Shown here in pieces: positions 9,681 through 18,090 of a DNA stretch of 64,000 bases. The stretch covers positions 124,001 to 188,000 of IMG/VR virus record IMGVR_UViG_3300035070_002626; one strand, given 5' to 3'. A program made the position numbers and the translations under genes. Below the pieces are notes generated by a model. The model had not been told where the DNA came from and made no database searches. It was given only the letters and a program-made list of their open reading frames with translations. How positions within the stretch are numbered: position 1 is the first letter of the stretch; each line of letters starts with the position of its first letter.

Positions 9681-11720
9681 TTACTTTGTCTGTGCTATGA
9701 AAACGCCATTCCAGTCTGAAGGAAGGTCTTGTGTTTTCATATACTCGCATCTTTCAATCCACATGTCGTAATATTTTTCCATTTGATGATCAAAGTGGTC
9801 ATGTAACAAGCGACATTTATCAATAGCATCATCGAATCTCTGCGCACGATAATCTTCGTGCATTTGTATGTGTTTCTTCTGCGCATTACGCCATGCCGGG
9901 GCAGTATTGTCGAGAACTGTGTAGATAGTTAATCCAACTGATTTACCTTTTACTTGTAAATCATCTACTTTAAGATAGAAGAAGTCATCCTTTGTTGCTG
10001 CGTATGTTGTTTCGCCTACAAGTAACAGGCATCCGTATTCTTTACACTTGCTTTCTACTCTTGCTGCGGTGCTCACAGCGTCTCCAAGGACATCATATGA
10101 ATGACGTTTAGTACTTCCCATCTCACCAAGGTATCCCAACCCCGTGTTGATGCCAGCGCCCATACCAACAGCAGGACGGCCATCAGGTATAATAACTTCT
10201 TCATTAAACTTCTCCACTGCACGAAGCATGTCTAAGCCACACTGTACGGCGGTCTTAGCATGTTTAGCGTCATCTATAGGCGCATTATGTATGTGCATAC
10301 TAGCATCGCCGATGTATTTAATTATCATTCCGTCCGCATCAAGCACAGGTTGTGTAATGCTGTCCATGTAGCCGTTCATAATAGTTGTCAGACCTTTTAC
10401 ATCATCACCAAAACTTTCACCCAATGGAGTAAAGCCACGCAAGTCACTAAACACAATAGAGACTTCTTTCTTTTGCCCGTCTTTAATTAGACTTGGATTT
10501 TCTTGTAGCAGTTTAACCACTGTAGGCGATGCGTATCCAGCAAACTGTTTCTTGATTGCTTGTTTCTCTAAAAACTCTTGTACAAACTTAATGCCATATA
10601 CTTGCAATGCTATTATAATAAACACTATAACAGGTGCTGTAACGTCTAAAAGAAACTTATCAGTTGCGTATGCGTATATGCTGTAAGGTATAACTCCGAC
10701 TATCATTGTAACAGTTGTAGCAAGCCCAACCCACATCCAACGACTTAATAATATAAGCAATAATCCGCCTACTACTAGTGCAACAAGCTCTGCTGTTGGT
10801 GCCCAATTGGGACGTTGTATGTTTGTACCAGCAAACATAGTGCCTAGTACTGCGGCTTGTGTAGTGCCTGCATACTGCGCTCCCAGTGCCGTGGGAACAG
10901 GGTTAGCAATGCCTGCGGCAGTAACGTCTACAATAACTACTGCACCTCCTAGATCATTAGGTAAGTCTGCAACACTTACATTCTTGCTACGTTGACTCCA
11001 ATCAATCCACACTCTACCCTCGCTGTCTGTAGGAATAACACCAAACTTTGGTATGCGCATTTTTTCTATACCAAACTGATTTAGTTTAATTTGAAAGTTG
11101 GGATCACCTGCAATGACTCGTAATGTCTCGAGCGCCAAGCTTGGATATAATGTGCCGTTTACAACAGCAACAGTTGGCATACGACGAACCACACCATCTA
11201 TCTCTGGTTCAGTGCTTACAATACCTGCACCCACTGAATTGTTTTCAAGTTCTGATATATTAGCAATAATACCACCATATGGCAAGATACGATCTAAGTA
11301 CTGAGGTTGGATAATTGCTGCGCCCGGATTAATTGGTTCGTTTACAGTTTTGTTACTAGGACGGCTAGCAAGTATAACCGGATAGTCTAACATAGTATCA
11401 GCTAGGTATGCATCTCCACCTAGTCTATCCTCTTCAGGCATCATTACATTCCACACAACCAATCCAGCACCTCTGTCGTACAAGTCTACAATAATGTCTG
11501 CGTATATGTCTCGGGGGAAAGGATACTGTCCGTACAGTTCTAGTGCTGCTTCGTCTATCTCTGCAACATAGATATTATTCTCTACTGCTGGTTGATTTAC
11601 AATAAGCTGATCAAAATAATTTAATTTAATACTTTGTATAAAGTTATTAGGTACTGCAAATGCATACACTAATGCAGCCAGTGTAATCAATGCCCACCAA
11701 GGAGATAATAATCGTTTCAT
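9681..11720 (-). CDS. CHASE2-domain class III adenylate cyclase
   Basis: N-terminal TM; CHASE2 (EIDE..L..YGQYPFPR, DGVVRR, PSLAL); 3 TMs; cyclase motifs FSDLRGFT, KYIGDA, GINTG, YDVLGDAVSTAARVES, VKGK. Confidence 0.95.
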   Translation of the reverse strand: MKRLLSPWWALITLAALVYAFAVPNNFIQSIKLNYFDQLIVNQPAVENNIYVAEIDEAALELYGQYPFPRDIYADIIVDLYDRGAGLVVWNVMMPEEDRLGGDAYLADTMLDYPVILASRPSNKTVNEPINPGAAIIQPQYLDRILPYGGIIANISELENNSVGAGIVSTEPEIDGVVRRMPTVAVVNGTLYPSLALETLRVIAGDPNFQIKLNQFGIEKMRIPKFGVIPTDSEGRVWIDWSQRSKNVSVADLPNDLGGAVVIVDVTAAGIANPVPTALGAQYAGTTQAAVLGTMFAGTNIQRPNWAPTAELVALVVGGLLLILLSRWMWVGLATTVTMIVGVIPYSIYAYATDKFLLDVTAPVIVFIIIALQVYGIKFVQEFLEKQAIKKQFAGYASPTVVKLLQENPSLIKDGQKKEVSIVFSDLRGFTPLGESFGDDVKGLTTIMNGYMDSITQPVLDADGMIIKYIGDASMHIHNAPIDDAKHAKTAVQCGLDMLRAVEKFNEEVIIPDGRPAVGMGAGINTGLGYLGEMGSTKRHSYDVLGDAVSTAARVESKCKEYGCLLLVGETTYAATKDDFFYLKVDDLQVKGKSVGLTIYTVLDNTAPAWRNAQKKHIQMHEDYRAQRFDDAIDKCRLLHDHFDHQMEKYYDMWIERCEYMKTQDLPSDWNGVFIAQTK

Positions 11721-12064
11721 GTTTTCTTTCCCATTAGTTTTGCTCGCATTGCATCTAGCTCTGCATTTCGCTGTTGTTCTTCTACGCTGGTTTGATTGGA
11801 CGAGATTTGTACTCTGGGTTTGGTACGCCTGGTTTGTACTGTACTACTGGATTGTACTTTATTTTTTGTTTGTTGTTGAACCCGCGATGGCGATGAATTT
11901 CCAATTTCTTGTCGAAGTTGTTCAATTCGGTATTTGATGTCTTGGGTTGCACTTCCGTCATACTTTTTACTTGCTGAATTTCTAAGTTGCTGATCAACTA
12001 ATTGGTTGATATTCTTACTAAAGTATTTATTTAGGACCCATTTAATCATAGTGGTATTTAACAC
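11717..12064 (-). CDS. Hypothetical basic protein within the curli/cyclase operon
   Basis: Stop overlaps the cyclase start (ATGA); Q/K-rich. Confidence 0.6.
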   Translation of the reverse strand: MLNTTMIKWVLNKYFSKNINQLVDQQLRNSASKKYDGSATQDIKYRIEQLRQEIGNSSPSRVQQQTKNKVQSSSTVQTRRTKPRVQISSNQTSVEEQQRNAELDAMRAKLMGKKT

Positions 12065-12086
12065 TATTGTGACCTAATAGTGTATT

Positions 12087-13268
12087 TTAGTATTGCGATA
12101 CACTCATGCTGCATCCGCCTGGATTAACACATGTACTTGTTATTGAGTATGACTTTGCTGTACCACTGTATTGTTCTAAACTAAAGTTGTATGCTGGTCC
12201 GTTCACACTAGATAAATTTACAGTTGCACTGTGTCCGCCACTGCCATGTTGTAGTATATCAACCAAGTTACTGTCGCCTGTTAAGTCAAGGTCAAGGCTT
12301 ACAGTGTCACTGTTTCCTAGTTGCGCTGCTTCAACATTGTTATAGTCTCCGTCTACGTCAACATTCATTGTATGAGCACCGTTTTTACGTTGTGACAATT
12401 CTACATCATTATAGTCACCTTCAATGCTTGTGGTCATTTCATGTGATGCCCAACAACAGTTCTCGGCTTGGTCAGTTTGTGCTGAATGGTATGTGTTATT
12501 GTTGCCGGTAATAGTTACATATGCGTCGTGGTCACCGGCTTCTGTTGTATCAGTATAACCATCTAATTGTTTACCTTGCCATACTTTTATATTGTTGTCA
12601 TCACCGATTAATATTAGTCTACTGAAGTTGCTTTCGCCGTTGCCACCTTGATAACTATCCACTGTGTTGTCATTGCCCGTGATTGCTGCTTCTGTTTGTT
12701 CGTATTGTGATCCATTTTGTGTTACTGTGACTGTATTCCTGTCGCCAGTGATGGGTGTATCATTGTAGCCATACACCATATGATTATTACCGTCTTGATC
12801 TACAGTTATAGAGTTGCCATCACCGTCTGCTTTGACGTATGCTAGGTTGTTATCACCGTCTTGTGTAATGGTTGCAGTTTGATCAGTATCACCACCATCT
12901 CCTAGTCCTGCGTAGGCTAAATTAGAGTCGCCAGTTTGTGTAATATCAATTCTGCAGTTGCTACCATAACAATGTGAATACGCTTCGTTATCATCGCCTG
13001 TTTGTGTTGTGTTGTTTATTCCATTATCTGCGCTCATGTACACACCTATTAGATTGATATCTCCTGTTTGAGTGTATGTAGTGCTTGCATTGTTGCCACT
13101 AATAGTCGCTTTGCCATTGGTAGGCCATCCATCACTAACAACATTGTCAGTGCCATCTTGTGTAATAGTTAAGTCAGTGTTGTTGCCAACTTGGTTGATA
13201 TAGATTTCATTTGCATAACAGATTTGGCTAAAAAAACAAGTTATTATTGTTGCAATTATTAATTTCAT
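12087..13268 (-). CDS. Long curlin-repeat protein (CsgA/CsgB-like)
   Basis: Signal peptide, then about 15 repeats of N-x-A/x-x-I-x-Q-x-G-x-x-N. Confidence 0.88.
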   Translation of the reverse strand: MKLIIATIITCFFSQICYANEIYINQVGNNTDLTITQDGTDNVVSDGWPTNGKATISGNNASTTYTQTGDINLIGVYMSADNGINNTTQTGDDNEAYSHCYGSNCRIDITQTGDSNLAYAGLGDGGDTDQTATITQDGDNNLAYVKADGDGNSITVDQDGNNHMVYGYNDTPITGDRNTVTVTQNGSQYEQTEAAITGNDNTVDSYQGGNGESNFSRLILIGDDNNIKVWQGKQLDGYTDTTEAGDHDAYVTITGNNNTYHSAQTDQAENCCWASHEMTTSIEGDYNDVELSQRKNGAHTMNVDVDGDYNNVEAAQLGNSDTVSLDLDLTGDSNLVDILQHGSGGHSATVNLSSVNGPAYNFSLEQYSGTAKSYSITSTCVNPGGCSMSVSQY

Positions 13269-14395
13269 TATTGCCTCTGATTTATATCTATAGTGTTGTT
13301 ACCAGCACCTAATAGGTAATCATATACCACTTCGTCACCTTGTTGAATATTAATACGATACCCATATTCTTGCGATAACGTCAATCTCAAATAATTATTT
13401 ACATCTACACTGGTTCTTTGTACAACCCAATCATCATTTCCTATTTGTAGCGAGATTCGTGTTGTTTCGTCGTATCCGCCGAGCTGTTGTTCAAAAAACT
13501 GCGAGTTTTGTGTTTTAAGTTCGTCTCTAAACAATGCTGCAAGAGCTAAATTTAATTGATCTATCATGTCGACTAGTAGTTCACCTAAGTAATAGTCCAC
13601 ATTATGATCTAAATCTGTTATCCAAATATCTTTAATGCTTTCTACTAACACATCTTCGTCGAGTTCATCAAACTCTAGTGCATCGATGTCAAGAAACTCA
13701 AACATTTTTCGTGTACGTTTGCGTATTTGATCTTCTTCATCTGCTATAACTGTTCGCTTGCGTAGTATTAACAAGTTGTTGATTTGGTCTTCGTTTACAC
13801 TAATAATTACCGGCTTGCTTGGAAGTTTTCCACTGTGTGAAACTTGTGTTGCTTGAAATGCTTGATTCATTACAACAAAACCTTCGTCTGTTTCTACTTT
13901 GATTTCGCCTGTTACACAATAACCTGCACTATCACAGCTAGGCAATAGAGTAACCATTGAGCCACCAATTTCATCTACAACCATAATAAAGTCTGTACCA
14001 CGCACAGAGATAGTTGCACTTGGTGTGCGCACTCTTACGTTTTGTCTTGAGTTTTTAGCAATTTGTCCACTGGCATAACGAACAGTTCCTAAGGCAGCTC
14101 GCATGTCCAAACTGCCTTTGCCTGTGTTAGGGTCGTATACAAAGTCGTCAATTACTAGTATACTATTGTCAATAACATCTACTCTGGTATCGTCAATAAA
14201 ATCTAAACGCATTTTACCACGTTTGGTTCTGGCAGTATCCATTGATTCCAGCAGAGTGCCTTTTTCGCTGCCGACTACATTGCTCTCACGCACAATTTCG
14301 CCAGACCCATCAAGTTCAGTCACTGTGCCAATACTAGCACTCGTTTGCGAGACTGTAACTAAGAGGCTGATAATTGCAAAAGCGAATATTTTCAT
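13268..14395 (-). CDS. FecR-domain periplasmic protein
   Basis: Signal peptide; IGTVTELDG, IDDFVYDP, VRTPSATISVRGTDF, GEIKV motifs. Confidence 0.9.
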   Translation of the reverse strand: MKIFAFAIISLLVTVSQTSASIGTVTELDGSGEIVRESNVVGSEKGTLLESMDTARTKRGKMRLDFIDDTRVDVIDNSILVIDDFVYDPNTGKGSLDMRAALGTVRYASGQIAKNSRQNVRVRTPSATISVRGTDFIMVVDEIGGSMVTLLPSCDSAGYCVTGEIKVETDEGFVVMNQAFQATQVSHSGKLPSKPVIISVNEDQINNLLILRKRTVIADEEDQIRKRTRKMFEFLDIDALEFDELDEDVLVESIKDIWITDLDHNVDYYLGELLVDMIDQLNLALAALFRDELKTQNSQFFEQQLGGYDETTRISLQIGNDDWVVQRTSVDVNNYLRLTLSQEYGYRINIQQGDEVVYDYLLGAGNNTIDINQRQ

Positions 14396-14396
14396 A

Positions 14397-15116
14397 TTAA
14401 TCGCTTTGCGTTATATCTACGTCTTGACTGTCGCCGTTAAATGTTGCATCAATTGTGCTACCGTCCACACCACTTTGTGTGATGTTGTACGTGCTGCCGC
14501 CTCCGGTGATGTTCAAATTAACAGTATGCCCATCCAAGCTTGCACCGCCGCTGGTATTGATAGTAATTGCATTGCCTTCGTCGCTAGCAGCACTTGTAGT
14601 TGCCAATGACGATGAATTATCTGCGACTATCGAAATTCTACTGTCAACCCCGTTTACTGTTAAGTTAGTAATATTGTTATCACCGTCCATATCAAAAGTA
14701 ATAATGCCGCCGCTTGCGTCTGCTGATTCACCAATATTAAATGTATATGTGTTATCGTCGCCGTCACCATCAATATCTAATTTTACAGTTTCACAGTTAC
14801 CTGCACCTGCTGTTCCTAAACTAGCACAATTTAGTGTTACATCATTCGAGTCTCCAAAAAAGTCCCAAGTACCTGTGTAATTTGCTCCGTTGATTATAGC
14901 ATCAATGGTGTTAGTGTTACCTGTTTGGGTAATACTAAACGTCATATCGTCGCCGTTGATTGTAAAATTGGTCGCCTGTTGGCCAATTTCGTTGTCAGTG
15001 CCATCTTGTACCAAGTCTAGATCTAAGTTATCCCCAACTTGGGTAATGTAAATATCATTTGCCAGTGAGGTACTGGATATAAACAACAAAGATAATACAT
15101 ATAAAAGTTTTTTCAT
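14397..15116 (-). CDS. Curlin-repeat protein (CsgB/CsgA-like)
   Basis: Signal peptide (SLA-N), NDIYITQVG, repeated I-x-Q-x-G-x-x-N strands. Confidence 0.85.
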   Translation of the reverse strand: MKKLLYVLSLLFISSTSLANDIYITQVGDNLDLDLVQDGTDNEIGQQATNFTINGDDMTFSITQTGNTNTIDAIINGANYTGTWDFFGDSNDVTLNCASLGTAGAGNCETVKLDIDGDGDDNTYTFNIGESADASGGIITFDMDGDNNITNLTVNGVDSRISIVADNSSSLATTSAASDEGNAITINTSGGASLDGHTVNLNITGGGSTYNITQSGVDGSTIDATFNGDSQDVDITQSD

Positions 15117-15151
15117 GTTCTGTTTGCTCCTAAGGCTTTACGCCTTTATTT

Positions 15152-15967
15152 TTATTTTTTAAATTTCCACATATTGCGCTTCTTACCCTCGAAAACCATT
15201 TCAATCACACCTTGCTCTATTGCTGCTCTTACTGCATAGTTAACTGGCTCATTAACACTATAACCAGTTTCGGCTTCTACAAGTTTTGTTCCTAAGTCGA
15301 AAAACTTAAAAATATCTGCACCCGATCTATAGCTTGCAATAGTCTTCTCAGTTGCTATGCTCATTAATACTTTACCAGTGCTAACGCTAACTAAACGCAT
15401 TACAACAGTTACAGTGTCTACTCTGTATTCTGTTTGCACACCGATACCTAAGTATCTTGCTCCTGCGCCTCCTACTGCTGTGTTGCTGTCATACCCAACA
15501 ATTCCCCCTTCAAGTATAAGCCCTGCAAACAACATTGGCTTCAACGGTGTAGGGCCGTTTGGAAGTTCTTTTTCGTACACTTCCCTCGTACTACGAATAA
15601 GTTGACGTTCTTTAATCAAATTATCCATACCTACACGCTCTACCACTTCAAACCAAACGCCATTACCTACATCTTGGAGTGCTTTAATAACCCATACTTC
15701 TGATCCTTGGGTTACTGCGCTCGACAAGTTGGCGATATTATCCGCCGGCTTACGCTGTCCTGTTGCATCTCTGAAACCGTAAACAGCGATTGTAATCTTT
15801 GGTCCATCTATTGCGGGGACCGCCGCAAGCCTATCTTCAATTGGACTAACTTGTACTATAGGAGATGTTTTACTATCTTCTAGAACTTGAAGGCTTTTGT
15901 TAGTTGCGCAGCCTTGTAATATTAGTACACTAAATCCAATTAGTAAAAACGTTTTTATCAGTTTCAT
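15152..15967 (-). CDS. csgG: Curli secretion channel CsgG
   Basis: Lipobox LQGC; AVYGFRDATGQRKP, SSAVTQG, WFEVVER, LIKERQLIR, EGGIVGYDSN, GARYLGIG, NEPVNYAVRAAIE. Confidence 0.96.
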   Translation of the reverse strand: MKLIKTFLLIGFSVLILQGCATNKSLQVLEDSKTSPIVQVSPIEDRLAAVPAIDGPKITIAVYGFRDATGQRKPADNIANLSSAVTQGSEVWVIKALQDVGNGVWFEVVERVGMDNLIKERQLIRSTREVYEKELPNGPTPLKPMLFAGLILEGGIVGYDSNTAVGGAGARYLGIGVQTEYRVDTVTVVMRLVSVSTGKVLMSIATEKTIASYRSGADIFKFFDLGTKLVEAETGYSVNEPVNYAVRAAIEQGVIEMVFEGKKRNMWKFKK

Positions 15968-16425
15968 TAGAAGTTAAACTCCCCGCCGCCGGGTATGCTA
16001 ATTTCTGTAGTTGTACCATCGTCGTCGACAATTGTTAACGTGATAGTTCCTGTTGTTGCGTCTTTAACCCAGGTTATATTTGCTCCTTCAATATCTGCTG
16101 TGCCTGTATTTGCACATGAGTCTCCGCAATTAGCAAACATAGCGTCTACCATTTGCTTACTTAGGTTAGCGTAGATTCTTGATTCCACGTTTCTAAGAAA
16201 CTTGTTTAGTGTTGTATTTTCAAGCTCGCGCTCTAAACGTGATGCCTCTGCCTCTGCCTTCTTTCGCAAGTCTTCACTGCGATTATGTTGTAACTGTTCT
16301 ACACTTAATACATGCGTAGAATATCCGTTTCCAAAATGAAACGCTGGAGATTTAAACCCCCAAACAAGATCAGCATTTGCTGACCCTGCAATTAACAGTA
16401 ATAAAACAGTGTATAAATTTTTCAT
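15967..16425 (-). CDS. csgF: Curli assembly protein CsgF
   Basis: Signal peptide, DLVWGFKSPAF..GNG N-terminus, C-terminal ITLTIVD..GTTTEISIP; directly upstream of csgG. Confidence 0.88.
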   Translation of the reverse strand: MKNLYTVLLLLIAGSANADLVWGFKSPAFHFGNGYSTHVLSVEQLQHNRSEDLRKKAEAEASRLERELENTTLNKFLRNVESRIYANLSKQMVDAMFANCGDSCANTGTADIEGANITWVKDATTGTITLTIVDDDGTTTEISIPGGGEFNF

Positions 16426-16442
16426 GGTCACCCTCTTATATG

Positions 16443-16450
16443 TATTTATA
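16443..16450 (-). promoter_or_regulatory. T4-type late promoter for the csg operon
   Basis: Exact TATAAATA just upstream of csgF. Confidence 0.6.
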
Positions 16451-16499
16451 GGACCATTTAAAATCTTTAACTGTGTTACTAATTTATTTATTATGCCTA

Positions 16500-16517
16500 G
16501 TGTAAATATTTTTACAC
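16500..16517. promoter_or_regulatory. Palindromic operator between csgF and the Fis-like gene
   Basis: GTGTAAA-TATT-TTTACAC (TGT-N10-ACA). Confidence 0.55.
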
Positions 16518-16541
16518 CTATATAATAAAATAAATATTATT

Positions 16542-16769
16542 ATGACCGAGCAAGACGTATTTTTTAACACATTTGATGAGATGTGGACCGAGAAGGAAAT
16601 ACAACATGTTTATGCAGAAAATCTCAACGAACAGTTGGAAACTCTTGAACTAAATTGTATTGAAACTGCACTGCAAGCACACAACGGTAATCGCACAAAA
16701 GCGGCCCAGTTGTTAAACATAGGCCGCACTTGTCTGCTTGCTAAAATGAAAAAATATAATCTAGTCTAA
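16542..16769 (+). CDS. Fis-family helix-turn-helix protein (stand-alone HTH_8)
   Basis: LETLELNCIETALQAHNGNRTKAAQLLNIGRTCLLAKMKKY. Confidence 0.9.
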   Translation: MTEQDVFFNTFDEMWTEKEIQHVYAENLNEQLETLELNCIETALQAHNGNRTKAAQLLNIGRTCLLAKMKKYNLV

Positions 16770-17288
16770 ATGTTTCATTAATTCGTCAATGTTAACTGGT
16801 GTATAGTCAGTATGTTCTACGCACACACACCTATATGGCCCTTCCGGGCTTGGATTACTATGAATATGCCCGTGTATATTAAGTATAGACTGTTTGCTAA
16901 ATCTACTCTTTTGGGCTATTGTATCAGGATGCTGCGAAGTGTGCGATAGTAACAACTTAGGAAAGTTTACTTCCCACATCATAATATGTTCAAAATACGG
17001 TAAAAGAGTTTTAGGGTTGTCTCGATTGCCAATGACTAGACGTTTCTTTCCAGGTAACTTAGCAAAGTTAGCAGCTAGCCATTCAGACTGATTTTCGCCG
17101 CACACTACATCTCCCAGGTGGTATACAATGTCGTCGACTTTGACAGTATCGGCCCAGTTGTCCAACATTGCTTCGTTCATCTGCTTTACTGAATCAAAAG
17201 ACCTTATCAACGAACCAGAGGCATCAAAAAATCCTAGAAGAGGTTCGTCGTTAAAATGTGTATCACTGATTACCCATGTATCGGACAT
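16761..17288 (-). CDS. Calcineurin-like metallophosphoesterase
   Basis: SDTHF, HLGD, GNRD (canonical GNHD), SH, HGHIH. Confidence 0.88.
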   Translation of the reverse strand: MSDTWVISDTHFNDEPLLGFFDASGSLIRSFDSVKQMNEAMLDNWADTVKVDDIVYHLGDVVCGENQSEWLAANFAKLPGKKRLVIGNRDNPKTLLPYFEHIMMWEVNFPKLLLSHTSQHPDTIAQKSRFSKQSILNIHGHIHSNPSPEGPYRCVCVEHTDYTPVNIDELMKHLD

Positions 17289-17307
17289 ATAGCTTACTTT
17301 TCTAATT

Positions 17308-17391
17308 TGGTACTCGCACCCGGACTCGAACCGGGACGCCCTACGGCCACAGATTTTAAGTCTGTTATGTCTACCATTCCATCATGCGAGC
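17308..17391 (-). tRNA. tRNA-Leu (TAA)
   Basis: GCTCGCA/TGCGAGT acceptor stem, ACAGA-CTTAAAA-TCTGT anticodon arm, long variable arm, GGTTCGAGTCC, encoded CCA. Confidence 0.95.
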
Positions 17392-17393
17392 GT

Positions 17394-17470
17394 TGGTGCT
17401 CCCGGTAGGACTCGAACCTACGACCGACCCGTTATGAGCGGGGCGCTCTAACCAACTGAGCTACAGGAGC
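17394..17470 (-). tRNA. tRNA with CAT anticodon, probably tRNA-Ile2 (lysidine) rather than Met
   Basis: GCTCCTG..TAGCTCAGTTGGTTAGAGC..CCCG-CTCATAA-CGGG..GGTTCGAGTCC..ACCA; lacks the initiator C1:A72 mismatch and GGG:CCC anticodon stem. Confidence 0.9.
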
Positions 17471-17481
17471 GGTAATGTTTT

Positions 17482-17616
17482 TTATCGATAATCTTTGATG
17501 TTGTAGGCGTCTTTATATGCACGATCCATATCTTTGCCTCCATGATTATAACCAACAATATAACCGATAATAACACCGCAGATTGCAATGCACAATGAGA
17601 TCATAATAACTTCCAT
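17482..17616 (-). CDS. Small membrane protein (44 aa)
   Basis: Manual translation MEVIMISLCIAICGVIIGYIVGYNHGG...; GGAGG RBS. Confidence 0.65.
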   Translation of the reverse strand: MEVIMISLCIAICGVIIGYIVGYNHGGKDMDRAYKDAYNIKDYR

Positions 17617-17619
17617 GGC

Positions 17620-17886
17620 TTAAGCCTCCATTCCGTCAAACATTTCGTATTCACGTTCACTTGCTGCTTCTTCGCTGCGTTGAGCAATCATGTTTCCTAC
17701 GATTTCGTCAAACGCTTCGTAAAACAATTCTTCGCTTGCAAAATCGCCACGGCATGCAGTGTACGCATCAGCATCAACAAAGTTCCAATTGATGCTGTAA
17801 TCTTCATTGAGATTTTCGGCACGATCTGCTACAGCTTCGACTACATTACGGAGTGTGATATAATTTTGCATGTTGTACACTTTCAT
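17620..17886 (-). CDS. Acidic hypothetical early protein
   Basis: ORF directly behind a sigma70 promoter. Confidence 0.75.
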   Translation of the reverse strand: MKVYNMQNYITLRNVVEAVADRAENLNEDYSINWNFVDADAYTACRGDFASEELFYEAFDEIVGNMIAQRSEEAASEREYEMFDGMEA

Positions 17887-17905
17887 TGTTGCTTTCTATA
17901 CATAC

Positions 17906-17934
17906 TTTATAGCATATACAAATATAATTGTCAA
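17906..17934 (-). promoter_or_regulatory. Sigma70-type promoter driving the small ORFs and tRNAs
   Basis: TTGACA-N17-TATAAA. Confidence 0.7.
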
Positions 17935-17957
17935 CCGGAATATGTGTTTTATTCAAT

Positions 17958-18089
17958 TTATTTTTTTGTAAGTTCTACAAATCTATCTGCAATTTCACGC
18001 ATTTGTTTTGCATTCAAGTTTGCTGTACCCATCGATTCTACAGTACGAGCAATATCGTGTAATTTAATTGCAATTTCGCTGTCCGTCAT
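17958..18089 (-). CDS. Small hypothetical protein (43 aa)
   Basis: Manual translation MTDSEIAIKLHDIARTVESMG...LTKK; abuts the upstream gene. Confidence 0.6.
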   Translation of the reverse strand: MTDSEIAIKLHDIARTVESMGTANLNAKQMREIADRFVELTKK

Positions 18090-18090
18090 G

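Noticed and set aside
9681-11720. Cyclase as a Pycsar/CBASS-type defence enzyme
   Set aside because: It has CHASE2-TM receptor architecture and ATP-type Lys/Asp specificity residues, and there is no adjacent cNMP-binding effector
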